64,000 bases of DNA from an uncultured delta proteobacterium. GTDB taxonomy: Bacteria; Desulfobacterota; RBG-13-43-22. Shown here piece by piece: positions 42,850 to 52,635 of the stretch. Positions within the stretch are counted from its first letter, which is position 1, and every line of letters starts with the position of its first letter. Under the pieces are notes generated by a model. That model ran no database searches and was not told the DNA's origin. It saw nothing but the letters and a program-made list of their open reading frames with translations. A program made the translations under genes and the position numbers. Location: positions 167,301 through 231,300 of the forward strand of contig CAVQFQ010000010.1 of NCBI GenBank assembly GCA_963711835.1. Direction: 5' to 3'.

Positions 42850-43223
42850 GATCCCCACAACGGGGGAGTTTTGTTGTCCTCAACGGCCTGACCGTCGACA
42901 CCCAGGGCAATATCGTTCCCCAGGAAACGCCCTACCCGGGATCCAATCTCTTTTCCCTGGCTTCGGGCGGGGCCATTTTTATCCGGGATCCGCAGCAGCA
43001 GATTGTCCCGGAACAGCTCAACGGCGGGGAGTTGCTGTCTTTTTCCGAGCCGGATTGGGAACTGATCCGCCCTTACCTTGAAGAAAACGAGCGTCTGTTC
43101 GGTATCTCCATCGAGGACCACCTCCTGACCGTGGATGGCCGGAAACATCGGCCGGCTGAGGTGTATCGCACGGTCCGGCCGGCCAAACAAACTATTCTGA
43201 CCGGCCGGGAGGAGTGGGAATAA
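42850..43223 (+). pseudogene. 3' stump of a second glutamate synthase GltB1-3 gene
   Basis: DPHNGG/SFVVLNG..TPYPGSNLFSLASGGAIFIRDP..EQLNGG..ENERLFGISIEDHLLTVDG closely parallels the C-terminus at 36454-36830; similarity begins abruptly. Confidence 0.85.
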
Positions 43224-43231
43224 CCGGCCCT

Positions 43232-44899
43232 TCAGCTTTTCTTAGACTTGGCTTCTTCCTCGGCCCGGAGGATTTTTCGAAGGATCTTGCCGACGGCCGA
43301 TTTGGGCAGGTCCTGCCGGAATTCAATGATCTTCGGCCGCTTGTAGGCGGCCAGTTTCTCCCGGCAGAAGGCAAAGACCTCCTGTTCCGAGAGGTCCTCT
43401 CCCGGTTTAGGGATGATAAAGGCCTTGACGGTTTCTCCCCGATACGGGTCGGGAACCCCGATGGTCACCGCATCCTGGATTTTGGGATGCTGATAAAGGA
43501 CTTCGTCGATTTCTCTGGGATAAATATTGAAGCCGCCGGCAATGATCATGTCTTTTTTTCGGTCCACAATAAAGAAGTAATCGTCCTCGTCCCGCACGGC
43601 AATATCGCCGGTATGCAGCCAGCCCTCCTTAATCTGGCCGGCAGTCTCTCCGGGATTCCCCCAGTAGCCTTTCATAATCAGCGGGCTCTTAATGACGATC
43701 TCACCCGGCTCCCCCCGGGGGACCTCCTCCTGCCCTTCGGCGACATCGACCAGACGCACATCGGTATCAGGCCAGGGCAGCCCGATGCTCCCTGTCTTTC
43801 GGAGGCCCAGGACCGGGTTGCTGATGCCCAGGGAGGTGGTCTCGCTCATTCCCCAGCCTTCATTGTAATTGATTCCCAGTTCCTGTATCTCTTCGATCAG
43901 CTCAAGCGGCATGGGAGCGGCTCCGGAGCTCAGCAGGGCGATTCGTCTGGCCAGGTTCAGTTCAGCGGCCTTGGGATGATGGAGCAGGGCGTTGATCAGG
44001 GTGGGCACGGTCGGAAAAAAGGATATCTCTTTAAAGTTGGCGATAATCCCCATGAATTCATCGAGTTCAAAACGGGGAACCAGGATCTGGGTGGCGCAGT
44101 TAAAGAGGGCCCAGCTCATGGCAACGATGGTGCCGTAAATGTGGAAGTAGGGTAGAACGGCCAAAACCGTTCGCCGTTCCGGCGGGGTAAGCTTCACGGT
44201 GGAGCCGCCCCATAAGGAAAGCTGAAGGGTAGCGGCCACCAGATTGCCGTGGGTCAGGACCGCTCCCTTGGGTATTCCGGTCGTGCCGCCGGTGAACTGG
44301 ATCAGGGCCGGATCCTCAGGGGCGATGGCAACCCTGGGAACCCGCAGATCAGAGGTATTTTCGATCAGGAGCGAGAAATGCTGCCAGCCCTCTTCAAGCT
44401 CAAGCTCGGCCGGGGTGCTGCAGGGAAAGCCGTTAACGTAGTCCGTCATCCGGGTAACAATGATCCGGGTGATTTCCGTTTCCCGGCTGATCGGCCTCAG
44501 GTTCGGAAGCACCAGATCAAAGGTGATCAAGGTGGTGATCCGGGTGGTTTCAATGACCTGCCGGAGTTCTTCCGAAGTGTACATGGGGTTGATATTGACG
44601 ACGACGGCGCCCAGACTCAGGGCCGCATGGTAGGCAATGACATATTGGGGGCTGGTGGGAAGATGAAGGCCGACCCGGTCCCCTTTCAGAACGCCCAGGG
44701 CCCCCAGGGCATTGGCCAGCCTGACGATCTGCCGCCGGAGATCCCAGAAGGTGATTTCGGTGCCGTAGAAGTTCAGAGCCGGTTTGTCCGGATAGGCACT
44801 TACGGCCACATTCATGAGCTGATGGGCGGGAATGCGGGGATACCGCAGGGTCGTTGGAACGTCGAAGTCATAGTGTCGCTGCCAGGGTCTGTTCTGCAC
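43232..44899 (-). CDS. long-chain fatty acid-CoA ligase (FadD-like)
   Basis: QFTGGTTGIPKG, EGWGMSET, GWLHTGD, DRKKD, LPKSAVGK. Confidence 0.92.
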   Translation of the reverse strand: MQNRPWQRHYDFDVPTTLRYPRIPAHQLMNVAVSAYPDKPALNFYGTEITFWDLRRQIVRLANALGALGVLKGDRVGLHLPTSPQYVIAYHAALSLGAVVVNINPMYTSEELRQVIETTRITTLITFDLVLPNLRPISRETEITRIIVTRMTDYVNGFPCSTPAELELEEGWQHFSLLIENTSDLRVPRVAIAPEDPALIQFTGGTTGIPKGAVLTHGNLVAATLQLSLWGGSTVKLTPPERRTVLAVLPYFHIYGTIVAMSWALFNCATQILVPRFELDEFMGIIANFKEISFFPTVPTLINALLHHPKAAELNLARRIALLSSGAAPMPLELIEEIQELGINYNEGWGMSETTSLGISNPVLGLRKTGSIGLPWPDTDVRLVDVAEGQEEVPRGEPGEIVIKSPLIMKGYWGNPGETAGQIKEGWLHTGDIAVRDEDDYFFIVDRKKDMIIAGGFNIYPREIDEVLYQHPKIQDAVTIGVPDPYRGETVKAFIIPKPGEDLSEQEVFAFCREKLAAYKRPKIIEFRQDLPKSAVGKILRKILRAEEEAKSKKS

Positions 44900-45390
44900 T
44901 TTTCACCTCCGAGTTAAAGGAAGAAGGGTCCATCCTGCCTGGGACCATTTTATTCGCGTGTTTCTAAGCGCTGACCGGGAGCCTTCCCTTTTTGTATTAT
45001 CTTATCAAAGCCCAACTCTTAACTCAACTAAAAGTAACCATGGATTAGGCCGCTATTGAACCGGCGGTGAGCAATCCTTGAGAAATCGGATCTGGGGAAG
45101 AGGTGATAAAAAAACTGAAGAGCGGTTTTAATAATTTTGGTATAAGGATGGTACCTTCTTAGAATAGGAAGTGGTAGAATCTACCTAACCGTTGCATAAA
45201 AATTGGGCTGAAAACATGTGTAAGCCAATAACCATAGGGAGGGACCCCCTGAGGAAAAAGGCTTGAACTCAACCCGGATCCGTGAATTGATGATTTCAGG
45301 AAAGCCCTGGGATCACCTGGTTCCAAAGAGCGTTGCCGGGCTGATGAAACAATGGAAAATTAAAGAGCGTTTAAAAGGAATGGTGAAATC

Positions 45391-46620
45391 ATGAAGATTA
45401 CGGCCATCGAGTTGTACCATGTCTCGGTTCCTTTAAAGCAAACCTTCTGGCCGACCTGGATTCCGGGCTATCCCCAGACGCACAACCGTTTTACCTTGAT
45501 AAAGCTGATTACCGACGAGGGGATAGAAGGCTATTCGGCCGGGGCGGCCATGGGGAAGGAACGGGAGGGTTTGGGGGATTTAATCGGCGGCTACCTGATC
45601 GGCTCCGACCCTACGGATATTGAAGGCATCCAGGGCCTCTTAAAGCAGGCCGGCTTTCTGGGCTGGCGGAATTTCTGGATCGAACCGGCCTGCTGGGATA
45701 TCATAGGCAAGAAAGAGGGCAAGCCGGTCTATGAAGTGCTGGGCGGAGAAGCCCGGCCGATAGAGGTTTATTGTTCCACCGGCGAGATGCACGCGCCTGA
45801 AAAAAGGGTCATGGAGATCCTGGCCTTGAAGGAAAGGGGTTTCCGGGCCTTCAAGTTGCGGGTTAAAAACCGGGAATTAAGCGACGACATCCGGTTGATT
45901 GAACAGATCCGGAAAGGGGTGGGCGATGACCTGGTTATGGGGGTTGACGCCAACCAGGGCTGGCTGGTAACCATCGTGGATAAAATCCCGGCCTGGGATT
46001 TAAAACGGGCCGAGGTCTTTGCCCGGGCCTGCTATGACAACAAGATCGCCTGGCTGGAAGAGCCCCTGGATTCAAGGGATTATGACGGCAATGCCGCTTT
46101 AAAGAAGATATCCCCGGTAAAGATCTCCGGGGCGGAAATCAACTACGGCTGGGACGAGATCAAGATTATGTTTGAAAAGGATTGCTTCCACATCTACCAG
46201 CCCGACGCCGTCTTTGCCGGAGGCATCGCCCAGGTAAAAAAGGTCATTGAGGCCTGTCAGGTCCATCAGCGGGAGTTTTCACCCCATACCTGGACCAACG
46301 GCATCGGTTTCTATGTCAACTGGAATATGGTCCTGGCCGACAAAGGCAACTCCCTGCCCTTGGAATATCCCCTGGAGGAACCTTCCTGGATCCCGGAATT
46401 CCGGGAAGGCATCATCGCTCCGGTCATGCCCAATCCCAATGGATTCCTGGAGCCGTTCCGACGGCCGGGACTCGGTTTTGAAGTTGACCAAAGACTGTTG
46501 AGGAAATATGGAAAAAGATATTTCCACCTGACGGAGAGGGGTTTGAAATTCAAAGTGATCCGGGAAAAGGGACTTAAGGCCGCTCTGGATCTAAGGAAAA
46601 GGAAAGAAATGCTTCATTAA
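45391..46620 (+). CDS. mandelate racemase/muconate lactonizing enzyme family protein
   Basis: WDIIGK..GKPVY..LGG, VDANQ, WLEEP, GAE, QPD, PH. Confidence 0.88.
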   Translation: MKITAIELYHVSVPLKQTFWPTWIPGYPQTHNRFTLIKLITDEGIEGYSAGAAMGKEREGLGDLIGGYLIGSDPTDIEGIQGLLKQAGFLGWRNFWIEPACWDIIGKKEGKPVYEVLGGEARPIEVYCSTGEMHAPEKRVMEILALKERGFRAFKLRVKNRELSDDIRLIEQIRKGVGDDLVMGVDANQGWLVTIVDKIPAWDLKRAEVFARACYDNKIAWLEEPLDSRDYDGNAALKKISPVKISGAEINYGWDEIKIMFEKDCFHIYQPDAVFAGGIAQVKKVIEACQVHQREFSPHTWTNGIGFYVNWNMVLADKGNSLPLEYPLEEPSWIPEFREGIIAPVMPNPNGFLEPFRRPGLGFEVDQRLLRKYGKRYFHLTERGLKFKVIREKGLKAALDLRKRKEMLH

Positions 46621-46667
46621 TCCTTGCTGAAGAGCTTTTTTTCTGGTCAAATCCAGATGCTTTTTGT

Positions 46668-47396
46668 ATGAATCCCTGTATGAGGATAAAAAACGGTATC
46701 AGAAAAATTTCTTTTCTAACGGCCTGGATGACCTTCGCCGGCTTCTTGTTTTTTTCTTTATCCGGCTGCCAGGGGGTCCTTTTCCGGATCCAGACCCAGC
46801 AAAAGATCGTTGCCCTGACCTTTGACGACGGCCCGGATCCGGTTTTTACTCCCCAGGTACTGAAGCTACTGGATGAGTACCAGGTTAAAGCCACTTTTTT
46901 CCTGCTGGGCAGACAGGCCGAGGCTTATCCCGATCTGGTTCGCCGGATAAAAGCCCGAGGCCATACCCTGGGGAATCATTCCTTCAGCCACGCCTTTAAC
47001 CTCAGCCTCATGCCCAGGGAGGAGATCCGCCGGGAGATCCTGAAGGCCCAGGAGGTCCTCTTCCGGATCACCGGGGAGTATCCCATACTATTTCGATCCC
47101 CTATGGGTTGGGTTTCAGAGGATTTGATTGCCGTCTGTCAAGAGCTTAATCTGCCGATCATCAACGGGTCGATCAAGGCCGGCGATGTCTCTCTTCCCGG
47201 TACGGAGCATATCATCTCGGCTGTTCTGGACTGGGTCCAGGCCGGAGACATCATTATTCTTCATGATGCCGGAGGATTTGGGTTCTACCGGGATCGGACT
47301 CAAACCCTGCAGGCCCTGCCGGTGATCCTGGAAACTCTCAAAGAGCGCGGCTACCGTTTTGTAACCGTTCCCGAACTCCTTTCGGGTCCTTCCTGA
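46668..47396 (+). CDS. NodB-type polysaccharide deacetylase, probable lipoprotein
   Basis: LSGC lipobox, LTFDDGP, NHSFSH, FRSPMG, IIILHD; start uncertain. Confidence 0.88.
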   Translation: MNPCMRIKNGIRKISFLTAWMTFAGFLFFSLSGCQGVLFRIQTQQKIVALTFDDGPDPVFTPQVLKLLDEYQVKATFFLLGRQAEAYPDLVRRIKARGHTLGNHSFSHAFNLSLMPREEIRREILKAQEVLFRITGEYPILFRSPMGWVSEDLIAVCQELNLPIINGSIKAGDVSLPGTEHIISAVLDWVQAGDIIILHDAGGFGFYRDRTQTLQALPVILETLKERGYRFVTVPELLSGPS

Positions 47397-47445
47397 AATA
47401 AAGGCTTCCCCTGTTTGATCGCCTTCCCTTTTCTGAAAAATAGAG

Positions 47446-47501
47446 TTGACTCTTTCGCTCCCGGACCTTATAATGAAAATGAAAATCATTTTCATTATAA
47501 G
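47446..47501 (+). promoter_or_regulatory. sigma70 promoter overlapped by an extended Fur box
   Basis: TTGACT(47446)-17-TATAAT(47469); perfect 16-3-16 inverted repeat CTTATAATGAAAATGA-AAA-TCATTTTCATTATAAG containing the 7-1-7 box TGAAAAT-C-ATTTTCA. Confidence 0.85.
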
Positions 47502-47510
47502 AAGGCGGGC

Positions 47511-47960
47511 ATGGAGCAGGAGTTTTTCAAACAATTCATCAAAAACCAGGGCTTTCGGCAATCCAGCCGAAGGGATCGCATCGTTCAAACCTTCCTCTCA
47601 GTAAAAGGTCATGCTTCGGCCGAAGAACTTCTGGCCCAGGTCAGGAAATTCGACCCGCGGGTGGGCTTGACGACCGTCTACCGGACCCTAAAGTTATTGA
47701 CCCAAGCCGGTCTGGCCCTGGAACGAAAGTTCGGGGGGCCGGTGAGCACCTTTGAACCGGCCCGGCCGGGGGGGCACCACGATCATTTGATCTGCCGGCA
47801 ATGCGGCCGGATCATTGAGTTTGAAAACCGGGCCATTGAGGAACTGCAGGAGGACGTGGCGCGGCATTATCGTTTTAAAGTCGGGTCCCACATCCTGGAG
47901 CTGTATGGGGTTTGCGCCCGGTGCGCTAAAGGCGGAAAGGAACGGCTGCGTAAAAAATGA
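47511..47960 (+). CDS. fur: Fur family transcriptional regulator
   Basis: TVYRTLKLL, HHDHLIC..CG, LYGVC..C. Confidence 0.9.
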   Translation: MEQEFFKQFIKNQGFRQSSRRDRIVQTFLSVKGHASAEELLAQVRKFDPRVGLTTVYRTLKLLTQAGLALERKFGGPVSTFEPARPGGHHDHLICRQCGRIIEFENRAIEELQEDVARHYRFKVGSHILELYGVCARCAKGGKERLRKK

Positions 47961-49930
47961 ACCCCTCCTCCCCACCTGAAACCGAAAAAAAGGTCCCGTC
48001 CAAGGTTATCCTGGTCGGGAACCCCAATGTCGGCAAAAGCGTCATCTTTAATTATTTAACCGGCAGCTACCGGGTGGTTTCCAACTATCCGGGAACGACG
48101 GTTGAAGTCTCATCCGGAGCGGCCAAATTTAAGGACCGGTCTATTACGGTCCTGGATACTCCGGGGGTGAATAACCTGATTCCCAATTCCGAGGATGAAA
48201 GGGTGACCCGGGATATCTTATTGACGGAGGAGAGCTACCGGGTCATCCATGTCCTGGATGCCAAAAACCTGCGCCGCAGCCTGCTCATCACCCTGCAATT
48301 GATCGAGATGGGCCATCCTGTGGTGATGGTCCTTAACATGATGGATGAGGCCAGCAGCCGTGGGATGGAAATTAATGTCAAGACCCTGCGGGAACTCTTC
48401 AAAATCCCGGTTATCCCAACTGTGGCCACGCAAAAAAAAGGGTTGGAAGATCTTTTCCCGGCTGTTTTGGGGGGCCTGAAATCCACCTTTTCTTTTTCCT
48501 ATTCCCCGGTAATCGAGGAAGCCATCCGGACTTTGATGCCGCTTCTGCCTCCGGCTCCCATCAGCGGCCGGTCCCTGGCCCTGATGCTCCTGGCCGGAGA
48601 TGAGACCCTCTGCCCCTGGCTTGAATCAAGGCTCGGACTGAAGGAAGTCGAGCAGGTTGAAGCCCTCCGCGCCCAATACCGGAAGCAGTTTTCCGAACCC
48701 CTCGGCTACCGGATCAACCTGGAACGTCTGGAAAAAATCGACGCCCTTCTCGGCCGTCTGGTGACCAAGCGGCCGGAAGCAGTCCCGGGTTGGGGGAAAA
48801 CCCTGGGAGAGATCTCAACCCATCGAATCTATGGGATTTTCGTTATGATCCTGGTCCTTTTTCTCTCTTATGAAATTATCGGGGTTTTAGGGGCGGGTAT
48901 CGCCGTTGATTTCATGCAGAAGACCCTTTTCGAAGGCCATATCAATCCCTTTCTGACACGAATAGTCAAAGGCCTCATACCGTTTCCCATGATCCAGGAT
49001 CTCCTGGTCGGCCCCTATGGGATTTTTACTATGGCTCTGACTTATGCCCTGGCCCTGATTCTGCCCATTGTCGGGTTTTTTTTCATTATCTTCGGCTTCA
49101 TGGAAGATTCCGGTTATCTGCCCCGCCTGGCGGTCATGAGCAACCGCATTTTCAAGGTCATGGGCTTGAACGGCAAGGCCATCCTGCCCATGATTCTCGG
49201 CCTGGGGTGCGATACCATGGCCACCATGACCACCCGGATCCTGGAAACCCCTAAGGATAAAATCATCGTGACCCTGCTCTTAGCCCTGGGAGTTCCCTGT
49301 TCGGCCCAACTGGCGGTTATTTTCGGGATGCTGGCCGGATTCACGGTCTGGATCATTCTCCTCTGGATCCTTATTATCATGGGGGTTATCCTCTTGGTCG
49401 GATATCTGGCCGGCAAGGTGATCCCAGGAAACAGCACCGGCTTTCTCCTGGAATTGCCTCCGCTTCGCTGGCCTCAGATGAAAAACATCCTGATTAAAAC
49501 CCTGTCGCGCATCGAATGGTACCTCCAGGAAGCAGTCCCCCTGTTTATCCTGGGAACCCTGATTCTCTTTGTCCTGGACCGAACCGGGGCCATGAAGGCC
49601 CTGGAGCAATCGGCCCGACCGCTGGTGGTCCACTGGTTGGGTCTGCCGCCCGAGTCCACGGCTTCGTTCATTATCGGCTTCTTACGCCGCGATTATGGGG
49701 CGGCCGGTTTTTTTGCTCTGGCCCAGAAGGGACTTTTAAATCCCAATCAAATCCTGGTGGCCCTGGTTACCATCACCCTTTTTGTGCCTTGCATCGCTAA
49801 TTTTTTTGTTATTATCAAAGAGCGGGGCTGGAAAGCGGCCCTTATCATTGTCGGAGTGGTTGTCGCGATCGCCTTGCTGGTAGGGGGGTTAGTCCATTGG
49901 GGACTTCAACTGTTTTCCATTCAACTCTAA
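47957..49930 (+). CDS. feoB: ferrous iron transporter B
   Basis: GNPNVGKS, NYPGTTV, DTPG, EDSGYLPR, PCSA, LELP. Confidence 0.95.
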   Translation: MNPSSPPETEKKVPSKVILVGNPNVGKSVIFNYLTGSYRVVSNYPGTTVEVSSGAAKFKDRSITVLDTPGVNNLIPNSEDERVTRDILLTEESYRVIHVLDAKNLRRSLLITLQLIEMGHPVVMVLNMMDEASSRGMEINVKTLRELFKIPVIPTVATQKKGLEDLFPAVLGGLKSTFSFSYSPVIEEAIRTLMPLLPPAPISGRSLALMLLAGDETLCPWLESRLGLKEVEQVEALRAQYRKQFSEPLGYRINLERLEKIDALLGRLVTKRPEAVPGWGKTLGEISTHRIYGIFVMILVLFLSYEIIGVLGAGIAVDFMQKTLFEGHINPFLTRIVKGLIPFPMIQDLLVGPYGIFTMALTYALALILPIVGFFFIIFGFMEDSGYLPRLAVMSNRIFKVMGLNGKAILPMILGLGCDTMATMTTRILETPKDKIIVTLLLALGVPCSAQLAVIFGMLAGFTVWIILLWILIIMGVILLVGYLAGKVIPGNSTGFLLELPPLRWPQMKNILIKTLSRIEWYLQEAVPLFILGTLILFVLDRTGAMKALEQSARPLVVHWLGLPPESTASFIIGFLRRDYGAAGFFALAQKGLLNPNQILVALVTITLFVPCIANFFVIIKERGWKAALIIVGVVVAIALLVGGLVHWGLQLFSIQL

Positions 49931-49942
49931 AAGGGACCGGTC

Positions 49943-50146
49943 TTGGACGATAAGCTGAACTATCGGTGTCCACTCTGCGGAGGCAACTTTTTCAGAGACG
50001 AAGCCTCCTGTCCCCGGACCTGTCCTTTCGGCGACCACTGCAACGTGGTCTGCTGCCCCCATTGCGGCTATAGTTTTCCTAAGGATTCCCGAACCGTCCA
50101 ATTTTTTAAAAAATTATTCAAAAAGAGAGGAAAAGATGGACTCTAA
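49943..50146 (+). CDS. small Cys-rich protein associated with feoB
   Basis: CPLCG..CPRTCP..C..CCPHCGY; TTG start; overlaps the next gene. Confidence 0.7.
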   Translation: MDDKLNYRCPLCGGNFFRDEASCPRTCPFGDHCNVVCCPHCGYSFPKDSRTVQFFKKLFKKRGKDGL

Positions 50147-50852
50147 TCCCGGGCAGTTACAAAGAAACCAAGGCCATCGCTGGCCTGGAGGGCGGTCATC
50201 TCGGACCCCTGATGACCGTGTGGACGAGCTCCTGGAGCTGATCTGGATCTTGAAAGAAAAAGGCCTTAGCGATATTCAGACCCTGCTGGAAGCGGCTTCC
50301 GATCCGGAGGCCCGCCAGGTGCTCGACCTGATGCTGCAGGAAGGTCTCCTGGAAATGGAGGGTGAGTCCCTTCGGCTGAAGGAAAAAGGGGAGGCCCTGG
50401 CCGAGGGAATCGTTCGGCGGCACCGGTTGACCGAGCGCCTGTTAATGGAACTTTTTGAGGTGTCGGAAGAGGAGGCCGAAGAAGAAGCCTGCAAGCTGGA
50501 ACATATCTTGAGCCCGGCGGTGACCGACAGCGTCTGCGCCTTTCTGGGCCACCCCCCTTTCTGCCCTCACGGGAAACCGATTCCCCAGGGCCCCTGCTGC
50601 CGAAAGTTTACCAGGGAAATCAAACCGTTGATCCAACCTCTCAATGATCTGGCCCTGGGCAAGGAAGGACGGGTTGTTTTTATTTCCACCCGGGTCAAAG
50701 AGCGGCTGGAGCCTTTAAGTTCTTTGGGGATCATCCCGGGCAGCCTTATTCAATTGAAGCAGAAGCATCCGGCCTATATCATCCAAATCGGGGAAACCTC
50801 GGTAGCCCTGGATGAAAGCATCGGCAAGGAGATCTTTGTCAAGGCCGTTTAG
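50136..50852 (+). CDS. DtxR/MntR-family metal-dependent regulator with C-terminal FeoA domain
   Basis: RRHRLTERLL, EACKLEH, CPHGKPIP, SH3-like LGIIPG. Confidence 0.88.
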   Translation: MDSNPGQLQRNQGHRWPGGRSSRTPDDRVDELLELIWILKEKGLSDIQTLLEAASDPEARQVLDLMLQEGLLEMEGESLRLKEKGEALAEGIVRRHRLTERLLMELFEVSEEEAEEEACKLEHILSPAVTDSVCAFLGHPPFCPHGKPIPQGPCCRKFTREIKPLIQPLNDLALGKEGRVVFISTRVKERLEPLSSLGIIPGSLIQLKQKHPAYIIQIGETSVALDESIGKEIFVKAV

Positions 50853-50887
50853 GGAAGTTATTTTTCTCCCTCTATATAATCCCGGAG

Positions 50888-51319
50888 TTAGTTGATCCTT
50901 CCGGTCTTATGCGAAAGAAGCAGCCCGAGCAGCAAACCTCCCAACGTCGCTTCAACCAGGGTCCCCATAAACCAGATAAAGGCCATTTTGTAGGGTATCG
51001 GCAGGACGGCATAAGTGCCGTAGCCCATAGAGATGCCGGCCCCCAGCCCATATAAGAACCCATATCCCAAGCCGCTGCCGATGCCTTTGTTTTTAAAAAA
51101 AAGGGCATAGATCAAGACAAAAATGATCGCGGAAATGAGAACCGTGATATGGATGAGAAACATTTTCATTTCAGCCGTAGGCCGCCAGAGGTTGGAAGTG
51201 GCCTGATAGACACTGCTCAAGAGGACGCCGTGAATCAGGTAGTCTGCCAGGGACCAGAAAACAAAAAGGACCACTATCGCCAGAATGCCTCGTTTCATGA
51301 TTCTCCTCCTTTCGCCCAA
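50888..51319 (-). CDS. hypothetical 4-TM membrane protein
   Basis: Hydrophobic ORF; likely start at MKRG (51298) after SD AGGAGG. Confidence 0.7.
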   Translation of the reverse strand: MGERRRIMKRGILAIVVLFVFWSLADYLIHGVLLSSVYQATSNLWRPTAEMKMFLIHITVLISAIIFVLIYALFFKNKGIGSGLGYGFLYGLGAGISMGYGTYAVLPIPYKMAFIWFMGTLVEATLGGLLLGLLLSHKTGRIN

Positions 51320-51385
51320 CTTCCGCGAATAGTCTGGGTTGTGATTTATTGCCTATTCCCTATTGTCCGATACCCCAAATAGTCT

Positions 51386-51802
51386 TTATAACTTAAATTT
51401 ACCCTTGAAATAGGTGCCCTTAACGCTCTTAGCCTTCTCTTCGGCCCACTTCTCCAGGCCCATTTTTTTAATCAGGCACAAATTAAAGACCTTGGTATTG
51501 TGGGGAAACCGGGAAGCACCATCGGCATAAGGATGCAAGTGATCGCAGGGGAAATCAGCGCATTCATAACAGAAGCGAAGGCCCTTGGCTTCAATGCATT
51601 TAAAGACATTACAGGGTTCCTTCATCCCGTGAAAGGAGATGATGCCGCCTTCTTCCCGGCAGCCCCGGCAGGAAGCCAGTTCCTCGGGAAGGCCGAGGTT
51701 GGCGGCAATCTTCTTTTTAAGGTCCGCATCCTCATTGGCCAACACCATGGGACAATTGAAACAATCCAGACCGCAAGGGGCGGTCATCAAGGCCACATCC
51801 AT
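51386..51802 (-). CDS. DUF3795-like Cys-rich protein
   Basis: APCGLDCFNC, CRGCR, C...C, FCYEC.DFPC. Confidence 0.8.
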   Translation of the reverse strand: MDVALMTAPCGLDCFNCPMVLANEDADLKKKIAANLGLPEELASCRGCREEGGIISFHGMKEPCNVFKCIEAKGLRFCYECADFPCDHLHPYADGASRFPHNTKVFNLCLIKKMGLEKWAEEKAKSVKGTYFKGKFKL

Positions 51803-51924
51803 CTTTCCTCCCTGGTAACGGTAATTTTTTTTATTTTCTGTTTCGTTTAGTGTGCCATTTAATACTGGTTGTATTATAATTGATTTGCAACAAATTGTTA
51901 ATCCATCATTTTCAAGGAGGAACC

Positions 51925-52500
51925 ATGAAAGTAATCGCTTTTAACGGCAGCGCCAGAAAGACAGGCAACACCACCATTCTGCTCAATTTGGTTCTGGATG
52001 AACTCAAGAAAAAAAAGATCGAGACCGAATTGATCCAATTAGCCGGGAAACCTCTTCAAGGGTGCATCGCCTGTTATAAGTGTTTCCAGAATAAGGATAA
52101 ACGATGTGCCGTTAAAAAAGACGCCCTGAATGAATACCTGCAGAAAATGATCGAGGCCGGCGGCATTCTTTTGGGCTCCCCAACCTATTTTGCCGATATT
52201 TCAGCCGGCATGAAGGCCCTGATCGAACGCTGCGGCATGGTCTCACGGGCCAATGGGGATTTATTGAAAAGAAAAGTCGGGGCCGGAGTGGTCGCCGTGC
52301 GCCGGGTCGGGGCCATTCACGCCTTCAGTTCGCTCAATCATTTCTTTCTGATCGGCCAGATGATCGTTCCCGGTTCCAGTTACTGGAATGTGGCCATTGG
52401 GCGGGAGCCCGGCGAGGTGAACCATGACCAGGAAGGGATCCAGACCATGAAGACCCTCGGTGTGAATATGGCCTGGCTGCTGAAAAAATTGTCGAGATAA
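51925..52500 (+). CDS. flavodoxin-like iron-sulfur flavoprotein (Isf family)
   Basis: FNGSAR..GNT, CIACYKC....C, GSPTYF, PGSSYWN; SD AAGGAGG. Confidence 0.88.
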   Translation: MKVIAFNGSARKTGNTTILLNLVLDELKKKKIETELIQLAGKPLQGCIACYKCFQNKDKRCAVKKDALNEYLQKMIEAGGILLGSPTYFADISAGMKALIERCGMVSRANGDLLKRKVGAGVVAVRRVGAIHAFSSLNHFFLIGQMIVPGSSYWNVAIGREPGEVNHDQEGIQTMKTLGVNMAWLLKKLSR

Positions 52501-52635
52501 GAGCTCCCTTTTTAAGACCCTTAGCCCGACCCATTGCCACAACAACTTATTCAAATGGTAACCAAGGCAGCCATAATAAGTTCACTCAGTAGCTACGTAT
52601 CGTCTGACGAATACCTGCCCTCTGAAGGCTACAAG

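Noticed and set aside
47415-47510. N-terminal extension of Fur in the ORF track
   Set aside because: It is the promoter/Fur-box DNA read in frame; the real start is more likely ATG 47511
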